Assembly: GCA_963924565.1 (NCBI GenBank)
Contig: OZ004614.1
Span: 10,602,001 to 10,666,000 of the forward strand
Direction of reading: 5' to 3'
Length of the DNA: 64,000 nt
Source: Ascidiella aspersa
Lineage: Eukaryota
Below are positions 37,901 through 51,300 of the stretch, piece after piece. Within the stretch, counting starts at the first letter, position 1, and each line of letters begins with the position of its first letter. Position numbers and translations under genes: made by a program. Under the pieces are notes generated by a model that ran no database searches, had not been told where the DNA came from, and saw only the letters and a program-made list of their open reading frames with translations.

Positions 37901-40900
37901 ACCCCCCTTCCACATACCGAGCACTGTTGCTTGCCCGCTTTCTTCACTTCTCCCCTGGGCGGTTGGTTATAACCGATCGGCGATTTTTTGTTATTTTCCT
38001 TTTTTGACCCACCCCTTCTGCATACCGGGGTGGGTTCCGGCTCGTTGCGCCTGACCGTGTATTGCCTCGACCGGCGCCGCTTGTTTCCTTTTGACCCAAG
38101 GGGCGTTTTTTTCACGGGGCCCGACCAAACGCGGTAAATAATTTACGTCAGGCTTGACAGGTTTGGATAGTTCTAGAAAGGAATGAGGCTATGCGCGCAA
38201 CTTTGAGCCCCGACTAAAATTCAACCGTTTCCTTCCTTTCGTTTTTTCATTCTTTTATTTGTACAGTTTTCAGCCGTTCAACTGTACTTGCGTAACCATC
38301 GGCGAATTTTGCATGCAGTTAGGACGCTTTACGGGGTCCAACTTAACACAAAAAAGCGTATTTTAGCCTCACCACTCGTTTTGAACGTACGCTTTTCGTA
38401 GAATAAGCCATTTGCTTTCTTGGTTTTTTCCTATGTCGCTCACCACTAGCCACATAACTTTCTTGCCGGTCAACTGCCCCTGTAAAATACCGAACAATAG
38501 ATGGAACCCCGTACATATGCTGTGGCTTGGAAAGCTCTCAATGCTGCATATTAGACAGTTTTTACAATTTTTTAGTTAGTAAGCTCTAGCTTTATTTGCT
38601 TTTCACCTTGGATACTTTTCACTCGTCTTGGATGCTAGTTTAACATTTCCCCTCACTGTTTGTTTTCTTGATCTTTGAAAACGCGTGTTTTTTAAAGAGT
38701 GTTTTTTTTTCAAACACTCGTTTACAAAATACATTGTCTGATCGTTAATGAATACACTCTTTGTTTGGTTATGTAGATCACTTTTGGCGGGGTTCATTTT
38801 TGCATGCTCAGTTAGCAGCTGTATAATGTTGGATGTATGAACGAAATTAGGAGGACAAGGCAATCCACATATAGCAATGGTTCTCAACGAGGGTGTCATT
38901 TCTGATGCGTAAGGATGCCGAGAGATATTTAAGAATTTTTGAGAATCTAATTTTCGCTTAGCTCTTACAACTTTTTGTGTGGGATTAGAGTGGAATAAAT
39001 CCAATTAAAACTTCCTACGTTGTGCAGAGTTGATGCGCGGTGTTCCAGTTCCGTTTATTGTAAGTGTGATATTCTAGTGATTTACCTACGGAAAAATCTT
39101 TTAGGGGTGTTGCAATCTATTTATTATTTCTGAGGGGTACCACAAGCCGTAAAAGGTTGAGAACCACTGACATATAGGCACTGTCGCCATTTCTTGGGAA
39201 GCATAGTGCCTATCACAAAAGCTAACTGCGAAACTTTTGCAACGCTGTGCGCTTTCTAAGCGCCAAGAACGAAGCTATAGGATATTCGACAATCCTTTGG
39301 GAATGCTAAATGGGTAAAACTGCTGAACTCGATTATGTAACGCACGGCCTTGATTTCAAACGGGCGTTTTGTTTAACAAAAAACGCTGTCGCTTTGATGT
39401 TCAATCGACAGAGGTGTAGAAAATCAAATTAACGCCAATAAAGTGTCGTCTGCGCTAACCGCATTGCAACGTTTCCGAGTGTCAATAGTGGATGTTCCTT
39501 GATATTTTGTGGCGTCGGGTGAAACGCTTTGAATTTGCTTTTTAAGGATTTACATGTTCAATATTAATGGGGCGCCACGATCTCGTTAAAAACAAACCAC
39601 ATAGACTTAACACTATTTTTTTACGCGAGATACTGAAACTGCGCCAAGCTTGTCATACAATAGTGAAAAAAAAACAATTGTTAAACAAATGGACACATAA
39701 GCCGTCATGTTTTTTCGCGGCTCTAGTGTAATCCATCCTCCGGCATTATGCCGTCTGAATGCGCCTAGGATTTGCAGCAAATCCCTTGTCAGTATCGATG
39801 TCCATTCAATCAAGCCAAGTGCCGTTACTCTAATACACTGAATGTGTCGTTGGGCCATTGCAATGCTTAACGTATTCCGCGCGGCTAAAGTAAATCAATT
39901 GGGTGTCGCGCGTTTGCACAAGCCGCCACGTCCGTTGCCAGTTGGAACAAGTCTAACCTTAGCCTCTCGTGTTTGCCCGGTGGCGATTTGCCCGGTGTGT
40001 GTGTTTGGCGTTCGCGCACACTACCTCGTGTTATTTCAATCGTCCGCACATTTTTTTACGTTCGAGTACAACTTTTCCTAGAAGTGTTATATAAGGGTTG
40101 CAATTTCTTTATAATTACAAAAAAGTTTACCGTGAAAGCGTGTGTTTAAAACGGAAGCTGGCAAAAGTAGCAAGCGATGAAAGGGACTGGTAAACATAGC
40201 TATACGCTTCAGGTATGTTGTGAATGCAAATAAATTGGAAAGTTACCGAAAAACTTCGTAAATGATTTTTGTACCAAGCTTCCCAGCTAATTTACCTTTT
40301 TTACCAATTCGGAATGTTCGCTTATGTACTTAATATTTGTTACTTTTTTTAAACGCCGAGGCAGTATGCAATACACTTTCAAATCAGGTCCCGTTCTTCA
40401 ATTAATACGCTCGATTTTTGGCCTATCTTAGCAAGAAAAGAAAAAAAATGTAGTCGCGTTTGATGTGGCAAGAATTCAAAGCAGATAACACTGGCACAAC
40501 GTAATTGTCCGAGCAGCGGTAACGGCTAAACGCGATCGCGACCTCCAGTATTGACTTAAGCGGCGACGACAGAAGCCCAAACCAGCAGAACCGCCCGAAA
40601 GTATTTCGATCGGCAATAAACATAATAAAACACGAGCAAACGCTCTCTCCATTTCTCTCTCTCTGTTAACGCCTGAAAGCAGCCCAAGCAGCGGTTGCAT
40701 ATTTAAGCGCAGATCAACTCGAAGCGATCGCGACTGGCGAGTGGCCTGAGCGGCGTGTTTTGACAGCTCCCCCTCCCCCTTTGGCTGGGTGTTTCTTCGA
40801 ACACTCCGCCAAGCGTCCAGCGCGCGCGACGCTTGGTCAACGCCGAATAAACAAGCGTACGCGCGATGGATCTGGAAAGGAATAGGGAGCAAAGCGCCTT

Positions 40901-43900
40901 CCGTTGCCCGAAAGCCTACAGCTCGTTTGTCCGGTGGCTCTCCTGAAGTGCACTCCAGGCGCGGGACCGATGCTTATTAGGACGCGCGCTCGTGTTGACT
41001 GAGCCTTGTGGCCTGCTGGTGGCCGATCGCTCGCCGCACAGCAGCATTTGGCCTGATTACGCGGCTACTTCACGAGCAGTTCGGCCCACTTTATCCACCC
41101 AGCTTTATCGCGGCTGGTTTTTAACTGCGAAACGCGACGGTTTGTTGCAGACTTGGACAATTGGATAACTCTCTAGCTGGCTAATTTGATGAATTAGAGC
41201 GATTCGCTGCTAATTTTAATTCGAATTTAATTGGTAAATTGCCTGTGTTTTCTAATTCAGGATCTAATCTAATTTCCAATTTTACCGACATGCTACTTTG
41301 TCCAACGGCATTTTTAGTTTCTCGGTCGGAAGAAGTTTTAAGTCATGTCGGTGAATCATTCAGCATGTAACAGTCTAGGCGTACGAATCTTTCTCTTCAC
41401 ATTTTTAGGGGAAAGTTGCAGTTTGACTTTAGTCAATTGTCGTTCAGATTTTGTTTTGTATCTTTTCCGAATTCGGTGGTAATTCAAATCTAACTATTGT
41501 TTTGAAATCTGGGTTGTTAAACGTTGTTAGCGTTTTTTTTTACAGCGGTGTTAATCTTTGCTTTGGACATGAACGCTTGTCTGAAATGGGCCTGGCTCTT
41601 TTCAGCTTGGCCGTACAAATTGGCCGTTGTGACGAGTATGCCAGCACTGGAATGCGTGCTCCAATACCCAAGTGTTTTCAACAATCGGCTGAGCCTTTGT
41701 TTGGATTGCGTCTTGTGGTATTAGGGAATGGTGGCTGACCGGCATCGTGTTTGCCAGCATAAGCAGATTTCAGAAGGATTATTCCCGTTTTGGTTTGCTG
41801 TGGTTATTGATATGATTTTAAATACGTATACTACATAGCGACTTTGCACTCTGTGACCAGCAAACAACTTATAACTCGCATAATGTTATATCGTTTTTAA
41901 GCCGTCATTTGAAAAAAACGTAAAGAACCTGACACAAACGTTGGCCATTAACCTTTTTCTATATATTATACAAGCAAAACAGCTCATGGTTAACGCGCGT
42001 TTGATACTCAAAGACTCAAAACTCTCGTAGTGCTATATCGTTTAAGTTGTATATTAAAAAACGTAAAGAACCCGACACAAACGTTGGCCGTATATCTTTT
42101 TCTCTATTATGTTTTTTTACGATCACACAGTGAACATGAAAAGTAATAGACTTGACATCAATAGCGTAGCTGTGCAATTTTTTATGTGAGCCTCCGATTA
42201 TTTTAGTTTCAGTCCCCTATTTTATTGATTAACGAAACTTTTAAAATTAGTTAACATAGAAAACATCAATGCTTTTTGTCCATTTTTTGCGCTTAAAAAC
42301 GTTACCGCCAAGCGTATCCAGAATGCTAAATTAAGTTCCTTCCAAGTAAACGTAACGAATAAACTTATCTATTATTTATGGCACACGTGCCTTCGCTATT
42401 TCGTAACAATACCGCAATTGCTTGTTACTGGTGCGTACACAATAAATTCGCGCCCACGTTTAATGAACCTATATTCACAACAATTACCTGAAGAGTATTC
42501 ATCAAGTGTATGTTACGCAAAAGAGAGCCAAGCAGATATTCGACATGACACTTAAGGCTCATATTGGAACAATACACCCACTTTCACCGTTTTCCAAATT
42601 AATTTCAAACCTGTTCAGCCGCTGCTGTGTGATATCGACTTTCGATAACATAACGTCAATCTAACAAGAATTTTTCCGTTTTTCAAGTCAGGTTGGAATC
42701 GCAATAAAACGTTTAAGCTGTCACAAATTAGATTTAAATTAGAGTTCCTTCTTTTGCGAAAACTAGAAATCAAAGTAAGGCGAATATATAAATAGAAAGA
42801 ATGATTTTGTAACATATATTTTGCACCAGGTTTAATCTGATGATTAAGACTGTTTTATTTAACAAATTAAAAAGTTGCAATAACGGGATTTTAGCACGCA
42901 AGTTTGTCAAACAAACTTGCCTGTTAATGAATTGCCAAAAAATTACAATAGGTTGACATCATCTTGATTAAGATGTTTCGATACGAACTTGTATCATCTT
43001 CCGTTAATGTGACTAAAAAGTAAATCAAAGCATCACTTATAAAAGGTAGGTTAACATTCTTAGTTTCTATAGTCGGGGCATTAATTAACTATAGGTGATA
43101 CAAGTTCGTTTTATAAGTTCAAGAACTTCAAATCAAAATGATGTCGATCTACTCGACCTTTTTGGCTTTGAAATTTCAAGCCTATCCATTACAGATCCGT
43201 GCATAGTGTACCCAAATTTACCTGTATTTTTCTTAACTTCGTGATTCTCTAAAACTGGGGTTTATCTGATTGCAAGCAATGCCGGGGTAGTTCCTAAAGG
43301 GAATTTTTTTGGATTACACAGAGTAAAGCCTTGGCCTGGTCCTCTGCCTTGACAATACCCCTCCAGGACGCCAGTTGGCTTATTGGCCGGCCGATTCCGA
43401 TTTGTTCCAAACCACTGCAAGCCCAATGACCTTTGCTTTCATTGAGGCCGCGAAAGGTCGCTTGCTTAACGACGCCTTGGCACCGCTTCACTCGCTACAA
43501 CCGCGCGAGGCAATCCATTTGAAAAGCGCCTAGCTTTTTTACGGGGCAGAAAAGCCACAGAAAGTGACTTGTTTTTACATATTAACTGTGGCGCTGCGGT
43601 CGATTGCAAATTGGTAACACAAAGTCTTCAGCCTGTGCGGAATTTTACTCAAAACAAGTTCACTTGTGCCTTAGAACAGTGTTCAGGTGAAATGGTTCAC
43701 CCCAGGGTGAATATTTTCAAGAGTTAACAAACCAAAAGGGGTGAATAAGGGTGAACTGTCAGAAATGGATGATAGCTTGCCAAACAACCTAAGTCATTTT
43801 GTGCTGTTATATATAGACGTGATAGTTTCATCATATCATGAGACAAGGGTGAATGAAATCTGGAGATAGCTGCTAGGGGTGAACATAACTAAAAAAAGCG

Positions 43901-46900
43901 CTGCATTAAAAGAGTGCGTGCGGCTTCTAGTTAAAGTCGTTTCAAGTTCAGGGCCGAATTCTGCGGTTGACACACTGATTTGCATGCTACAACTCCGGCG
44001 ACAAGGAAACGCCGTTTATTTTAAAGAGACTACACATCACTTGACGTGTGTGGTTGCAGGTGCACCGCGAAAATAGTCGGGACTCCAGTGAACCCCGACG
44101 TAACCCCGCTTTGTGTTTTCGACGCTAGTTTTGGTTCTGGGTTGTGTTCAGCCTATCGGAAAAATCGCGTGTTGATTGGTATGCCGCGCCGACACTTGGT
44201 TGCATTGAGAGATTTAAGAGACGCGTAACAAAGAGTATTGCAATAACCATTAAGCATCAATTTCTTTTTTGGGGGGATTTTCATTTAACGTACCGCTGCA
44301 TGTTGTATTGAACGCACAGACGCCGTCGTAGCCGGTTACAATAGTCTTTTTGTTATAGAGGTCGCAGTATCGGTTCTAGTACAGTTTAGGGGCCGATCCC
44401 ACTTTTATAAACCTGCATTTTAGCCAAGGTTTGCGATTTAACTTTTTAGCGTTTTTTTAGCGCTGACGCAAATTTCGCTTAACAACTTTGAAAACAGTAC
44501 ACTAGCACGTTTTATTTTTTTTAGTATGGCTTATTTAACTATAGTTCATTTGGCATCGAATCAAACGTTTGCAGTTTTTGTCAAAAAATATCGATACATT
44601 TAAAATAAAAAGCATCGGACTTTCCTATACCATAGTGGTGTATCGGCGCTTCCTTTCCAAAAAACGGCAATAAAACAGCCAAGGCCCTTTGCGCAAACGC
44701 AAGTGCAAGTCGCGGGAAAAGCCCGACGTGTTTAAGTTGGGGTGCAATTACGAGCGCTAATTACGAACCCGCAAACACCGCCCTTCGCCTTTTCGCGCGG
44801 CGCAAAACGAAAAGCGTAGCGCTGTTTCTGTGGGAATCGTCAGCAGTTAATTAATGGCACGTCGCCGCAGAAAAGACAACACGCGGTCTGGTGGCAAGTG
44901 TACTGCAATTTCTGGGGAATTTCCCTGGGCCTAGGGCACCCGTTTTTTTTCGCGCTGATTGTGGCCGTTCCGTGCCCCAGCGTCGCTGTAATTTTCGATG
45001 CTTTGCGCGGCTTTTTTGATTTTCGCTCGTGCGAAAAATCGCTGCAAATTCGCCAAAAACCGCCTTCGCATTCAGGGGCGTCCCCAATATGGATTTATCC
45101 GCCCTTTGATGTTCCCTTTTGCTTCGTAACTTTTCATGACAAACTGTTAAATAAACTGTTTACGTTGTCTCAACGCTGTGTGGTCAACAGTGACATAGTG
45201 TGACTCGACAACAAGTTTAGAATACTATATGTGGCCCCAGAAGCTTGCAATCTATCGTGCAGCTCACTGGAAGGTCTATTGGACACATCGCAGCTATACT
45301 CCAGAATCTCGATCGAGAGTTTCTTCTAGTTCGGTGTCCAGGATTTCGCTTAATTCCCTGTTCTATTGCAAGCCGGTGGTTCAACGACAGCACGCCACCG
45401 ACACCCGATCCGTTGGAAATTAGTGCAGTTTTGTGTGTTAATTTAATAATTAATTGATCGCTGGGCATAAGATAATTTCTCGTCCAGGGTATATAGGATG
45501 GTTACGTCACACATTGATGTATTGCAAGCGTTTAAGTAATTATTTAATCAAGACACAATATTTGAGTTAAGGTGCTGTTTAGCGTTCGGGTTTATGCAGA
45601 TTTGTTAGACTAAATTAGTGCATTGTCCAAGAGCTAAAAGTCAGACTTTTTGATCCTTCGGATGCCCTAATTGTCGTACACCTTTTTGCCTAGAACTGCA
45701 CCAATTTCTAACGTGTCGGGTGCCACCGAAACCGGGGAAAAAACAAAATTCGTCCGCAAATTTGCACCGAACAGCGGCGACCGCGCGCGCCAAGAATCGC
45801 AAACAGCCTACCGAGCTCGCATTGTGGTCCGCGCTTTGTTTCTCGAGTTCCCGGTGCACGCTTGCGATTGTTGGCCGTCGCGCGGCGCCCCTTTTCCCGG
45901 TAGAAAACCAATCTTTCGCGCCGAACGCCCCGGCACCGTTTCGGCCCATTGTCAGGTGCGCCACGCCATCAGTGCGCCTCTCAGTTTCGCCAGAAAGTTT
46001 TGGACGCGACCCCCCTCCCCCTCACCTCGCCCCGCTAACCTGACGGGACAATGCCGGTTATTAGACAACCGCGTTCGTTTTGCAGTTTGCAAGATCTTTG
46101 CCGCGCACGGCTTTTTAATCCTTCTATTCATTTTAAGGGCGGCCACGTCAAAAAAAGGAAAGCCTTGATTGTTGCGCCTTGAAAAACGCGATTTTGTGTA
46201 CGCCCGGTATGTATGTGATTTGTATGTGCGTACGCAGTGTTTTTTTTTAAGGTGTTTTGGGGGACCGAAACGGTTTTCTCCAGCGGTTTCCCAAAATTTG
46301 GACTTGCAACTTTTTGGTATTTAAATGAAACACTTGCGGTCTCTTAAAACTACTTAGCGGTCACCCAAACCAAACCTTAAAAAAAAAAACCCTGTGCGTA
46401 CGTGCTATTGTGCCATTATGTCTACTCTAAACAATACCGTTTTATCGGTGGATTAATTGAATATCGCAGATTGAAAGACGACTCGTTTCCCATCAAAAGC
46501 GATTGTCCTGTCACATTAAGCGTGAAGCATATGTTTGGTGACCGTGTTTCGAAAGTATGTTTGCGAACTTTATTTTGTGAGTTTGTAGGCGCATAAACAA
46601 TAAACATACGCGTTGGGGTAATCAGTGCAGTTTCCTTTTTTTTTTGATCTAAAATACATTCTGGTTTGTATCCACTTTTTTAGGCTTAATTTATCACATT
46701 GACAGGCGACAACATGCATTTTTGACTAGCTAACAACGGATGGTAATTCTTTACGAAGGGTTTAAATATTTTAATTCAACCCTAATGATGAGCATTTCAA
46801 AAATGGTCGTCGTCTCGTTTGTGTTTTGCAATATTTTACAGGACATTTTTTTATTCTTGATAACAACGTCCTATAGCCTTACTAATTCGTTTAAGGCGCA

Positions 46901-48339
46901 AATATATTCTGATACACTTGTTTGGACACCGAAGAAAGGTTCTGAAAGGCATATTGTCCTGAAACAAAAAGATTGGCGTCGGTTTAGAATCTTTATTGAT
47001 AAACTCGTCCAGGGTTTTACAATGCTCTAAATCTTAGATAAAAGCAAAATTTAGATAACTTTTAATGAAACTTCAAGACTTAAAATTCTTGATAAAAATC
47101 GCTTTCATGCGTTCGACAAAGCGCCTTTCAGGAGAATGCATTGTTTTTGGTTCGAAGCATTTTTCGGAATAAAATATTGCTGTTGATCTTTGTGTTGATC
47201 AACAGAAAAATATGCCACACCAAGTATTTGGACCCAAAACGTGAAATATTTTTTTACATATAAAGATGTGTTGAACAACAAGAAATAAATTTTCGGCCCA
47301 TATAATTAGGTCAATACCAACAAACCCTGTATGTGTTTCCCAACATAAAAATGCCGCCAAAAGTCGTTGTTTAGCGTTATACTACGATCGCTTTTCGATT
47401 TTCTTTTAGAACTTAAATCGAACACTCCTAAAAATGCCACGATCGCCGACCAGAGACGCCAATTAACAATTGACACTCGACTTGGCCGCGACCCAAAACG
47501 CGACCTTCCCCTTTTGTGGTACCACGCCGACAAAAAGCAAACGCCCTTGGCGGAAAACACTACACCACCGACACTCGACATAGCTCACGCCGTACCCCGT
47601 CGGTCCCACACTAAAGCTAGGGCTATTTCACCGACGGGTGCAGGACCAAAAAGCCGCGTTTGTTTAGTGGCTCGTCAGCGGCGGTTTCCGTCTGGGTGCA
47701 GTTGACCGTTTCGCGCGAGGGTCCGAAGCCCTTTCAATCTCCACCTTTTCGCCGCTCTGTGCAATTCGACCGTGGCGAAACGGCGGCTGCCCCGGCGACA
47801 CACCTACCTTCCAACACTGCCGGTCGTACGCGGAATAAAGGCGGTTGCGTGCCTTTTTTGAAATGTCAGCAGCGACGGACGATGCCTTGGCGGTCAGCGG
47901 TATTGGTGTACTTCGATAAAACGACCAGGTCTTGCCTGTTCCCTTACACACACACCGCGCCAAAAATGTGTTTTCTTTTGCGCACCCTCATGTTAGTTTG
48001 CCGTTAACACTGACCGCTTAGCTGTGCCTAACTTAAGCGTACAAGAACACAGCAGTGGTCAGTATGTGGCGGTCAGTGTCAGCCCTCCGGCGAAGCGGAC
48101 AATTCGGAATTCCACATTCTAAAAACCGCGCGACGCTGTTTCGCTCGTTTTGCTCCCTTTTCTCTCTCTCTCTCTCTCTGCTTGGAGACCGGGCGGCGCC
48201 TTGTTTGTGCCTTTTTTTTTAATTCGCAATGCGATGACCACTCGTTCGCCTTTGGACTTGACGTTTCCGAGAGCTTGCCCAAAACACACCAAGCAAAAAA
48301 AAGTGCCACTCAAACATCTCGGGCGCGTTAATTGGCGTT

Positions 48340-48374
<35 letters not shown>

Positions 48375-51300
48375 CTCTTGCTACTCCGTAATCGCCGCGC
48401 TTTGTTTATTTGAGCCTCGGTCGATCTCTCGCCTCTCTTCCCCTGCGCGCCGAGATAAGCGCAAAGAGCAAGCGAGAGGTTTATCTCTCACTCTCGCGCG
48501 GAGCAAAGCAAAAGAGAGCCAAGCGTGCCTTTTTTCTTTGTTGAAGCGCGAGAGAGCGCTCGGCTCCGAACGCGAGGCGCGTATGTATAGTGGTGGACAA
48601 GGTATGCAGTGACCAGAAGCATCTAGGTGCGGTTTTCGACGGAGAGTAACTGCGCGAGCTACTTGGATCGTTCGTTTGGTTAATGCATGCGCCCGAGTGA
48701 AACAGGACGCCGCAATTTGGATTCGGGCCCAAACGCGTTTTAGTGTAGGCTCGCGAGCGCTTGACAGGTATTGGCTTAAAATTGCCGTCAAAGTGTGAGT
48801 TGAGGAGAATTTCTTCGCGTATGTTTTCCGTTTGACGGCGCTTTTCGCCGCAATACACAGGCACGTGTCGCAGCGCCAAGGCTCGCAAGTTTCAAATTCC
48901 GAAACGATTAAGGACTGAGTTGTTGTTTAAACTTACATGCGTGGTTCCGCCGTTGGTTGTGTGAATGTGGAGTATTGTGGAGCTTGCAAAATTAGGTTGA
49001 AGCAGTTCTCAGTTAGTTATGTTTTATGAGTTTATGACCACTTACATTTACTTCTTCAACATAAATATTTTTAGGGATATAAAAAAATCGATTTGAAGTT
49101 TTAAGTCGTTGCTGTAAAACTTCGTTCGCCGCTAGTTGTTAAATTACGCTCCTTTTTGTCGCAATTGACAGAAGTAGTACAATATTACTCGTGCCGAAGT
49201 TCCAACTGCTTAACTCACCAGTTAAGCGACACTGCAGCATCAGTTATTTCGGCCGCATACACCGGTTGGCCGCATACACACTTTAGGATTGCGCGCACAC
49301 CGCTTTAGCCTTGCGTCGTCCGTTGCGCAATTGGCTTTGGCCTGAATATTCCACCGTCACCGACGGGCCAGGTCGCCGCGCGAGATTGCGGGCGCGCGCG
49401 GTCGGTCTGATACTTGGTTTCCTTTGTCCATCCCGGTCACGCGTGGCTGGGCAAAGCCCGGAGAAAAATGCGGCGATTACCCAAAAACGAAAAGAAGAAA
49501 AAAACACAAGTGCGACTGGCCTCTTGCTTTTTACCGTATGCGTGTGCGCGAAGGGCTGCCGGCGATACTGTGAGGCTTGCGTATCGCACTGTCTTGCCAC
49601 CGGTTGCCTGCGGTCGGTCTACCTACCTGACGTTTGCTGGACGCGCTTTTCGCCAGGCTATTATTCTTCAGGGAACGCCGCCCGCTTGCCTTAGTCAGTT
49701 TTTGAGTTTCAGGTCAGAAAAATTGTGTAGTTCACAGTGTTTGGCAGAATTTGGATTGAGTTGTAGCGGTTTAGCGTAAGGTGTTTAGACTATTGTTCAC
49801 TTCGATTTAAAGTTTGTTTCTTATCACGCTTTTCGACAGTAACTAATTCGTCTTTCAGGTGCTTAATTGTTGCCTTTTTGGGGAAAGATCTTATCGCAAT
49901 TGCTGTCATTTTATCACTTATCATTCTTAGCACGAAAATCGAAATGTTGGTAAAGGTACTATTCAGTGAATTAACCTAAATGTATACTTCTTTTTATTTC
50001 GACCGAAAGTTCTATTTTTGTAGTATACAAAGTGAAGAACAATAAGTTATTGAAATAAATGAAGCTTACTAAAAAAAATACTTATTACGATTAAAAATTT
50101 ATCCCTTATACGAAACCGATGGCAGAAGAAGCACAATATGGACTTTTTTGTTTAGTGATCAGTTTGCCTTGTTTTGCTATTCCGCCACCACTTGTTGTTT
50201 ACCGCAGCGTTTCTTACGTCATAATGCCCTTGAACCGTCGAGGTAAACGCCAGCCGCTGGGCAATTTTTCAAAACTTCGACATTAATGTGCATTCAGGAT
50301 TAACCGATATTTTTGTATAGCCTAAAGCTATTCCACGCCTTTTTTATTAATTGTTTAAACGAGCTTGAAAACACACACATACATACAGAGCATAAGGTTG
50401 AGGGTTTCCGGTTGCGTTGTTGTTTTGCGTGGGCACACCGCGATTTACCTGCTGCCTTTGACATTTAAACCGCAGGAATAACCAGCAACCCAGATTTTTC
50501 TACCTGGCCCGCATTTTCTATTTTGCTATGAAATTGCGCTCGCTTTAAAAATGAAGAGCCACCAATTCACTTGCCTAGCTTTCGATGGTTGTTCCCATGT
50601 CTAAAAAACTTTTCGAAGTCAGATAACATCGAATTCGTCACTTCGCCCCAAGTCGCGCCTCCGTATTTTCGTCAGTAATTGCGGATTGAGTCACCGAAAA
50701 AAGGCGTGTTTTCCCTTTTCAGCAGCGTAGCGCGCCTGAAGTAAGCGTTTGTCATCAAAAAAGAAGTCGAAAATTACACTTTTAGCGGTCAACCACGCAA
50801 CAAACAACTGACAAGTCAATGACTCGTGATACCGCAAGCCTTTGCGCATCATTGACGCGCGGCGGTTTTTGAGTCTCTTTGGAATCGAGCATTATAAGGA
50901 AAAGAGCCTTTTGTAGCGGACGGACACTCTTTCACTTTTCAGGTATTTTTTTTCGGGGGGCTAAATGCTACTAAATTGCAAATATTTCGAAAGGACACTC
51001 TTTGACTTTTTAGATAATTTTTCGGGGGGTACATGCTACTAACTTGTAAATATTTCGAACGGACACATTTCACTTTGTACAACATTTTTTAGGCTAAATG
51101 CTTCGAACTTTTGAATATTTCGAACTGTATTCAGCGCAACGCGTTCCATTGGCTTAACCTTAAAGAGAGAGACGCCGCTCTGGCAAAAACAGGCCTTGCA
51201 AATTGGCGCACTGCCCCACTCGGCACAGCGCATCGTCGTTAAAACTACAATACCTAAAAAACTGGCGCCCGCCCACGTAATAACAAAACACGGCGAGCGG

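Noticed and set aside
28809-48859. FoxH1-type sites AATCCACA (28809, 38862) and AATACACA (48852) as autoregulatory elements
   Set aside because: Three scattered 8-mers in 26 kb of AT-rich DNA is about what chance predicts, and they are not clustered.
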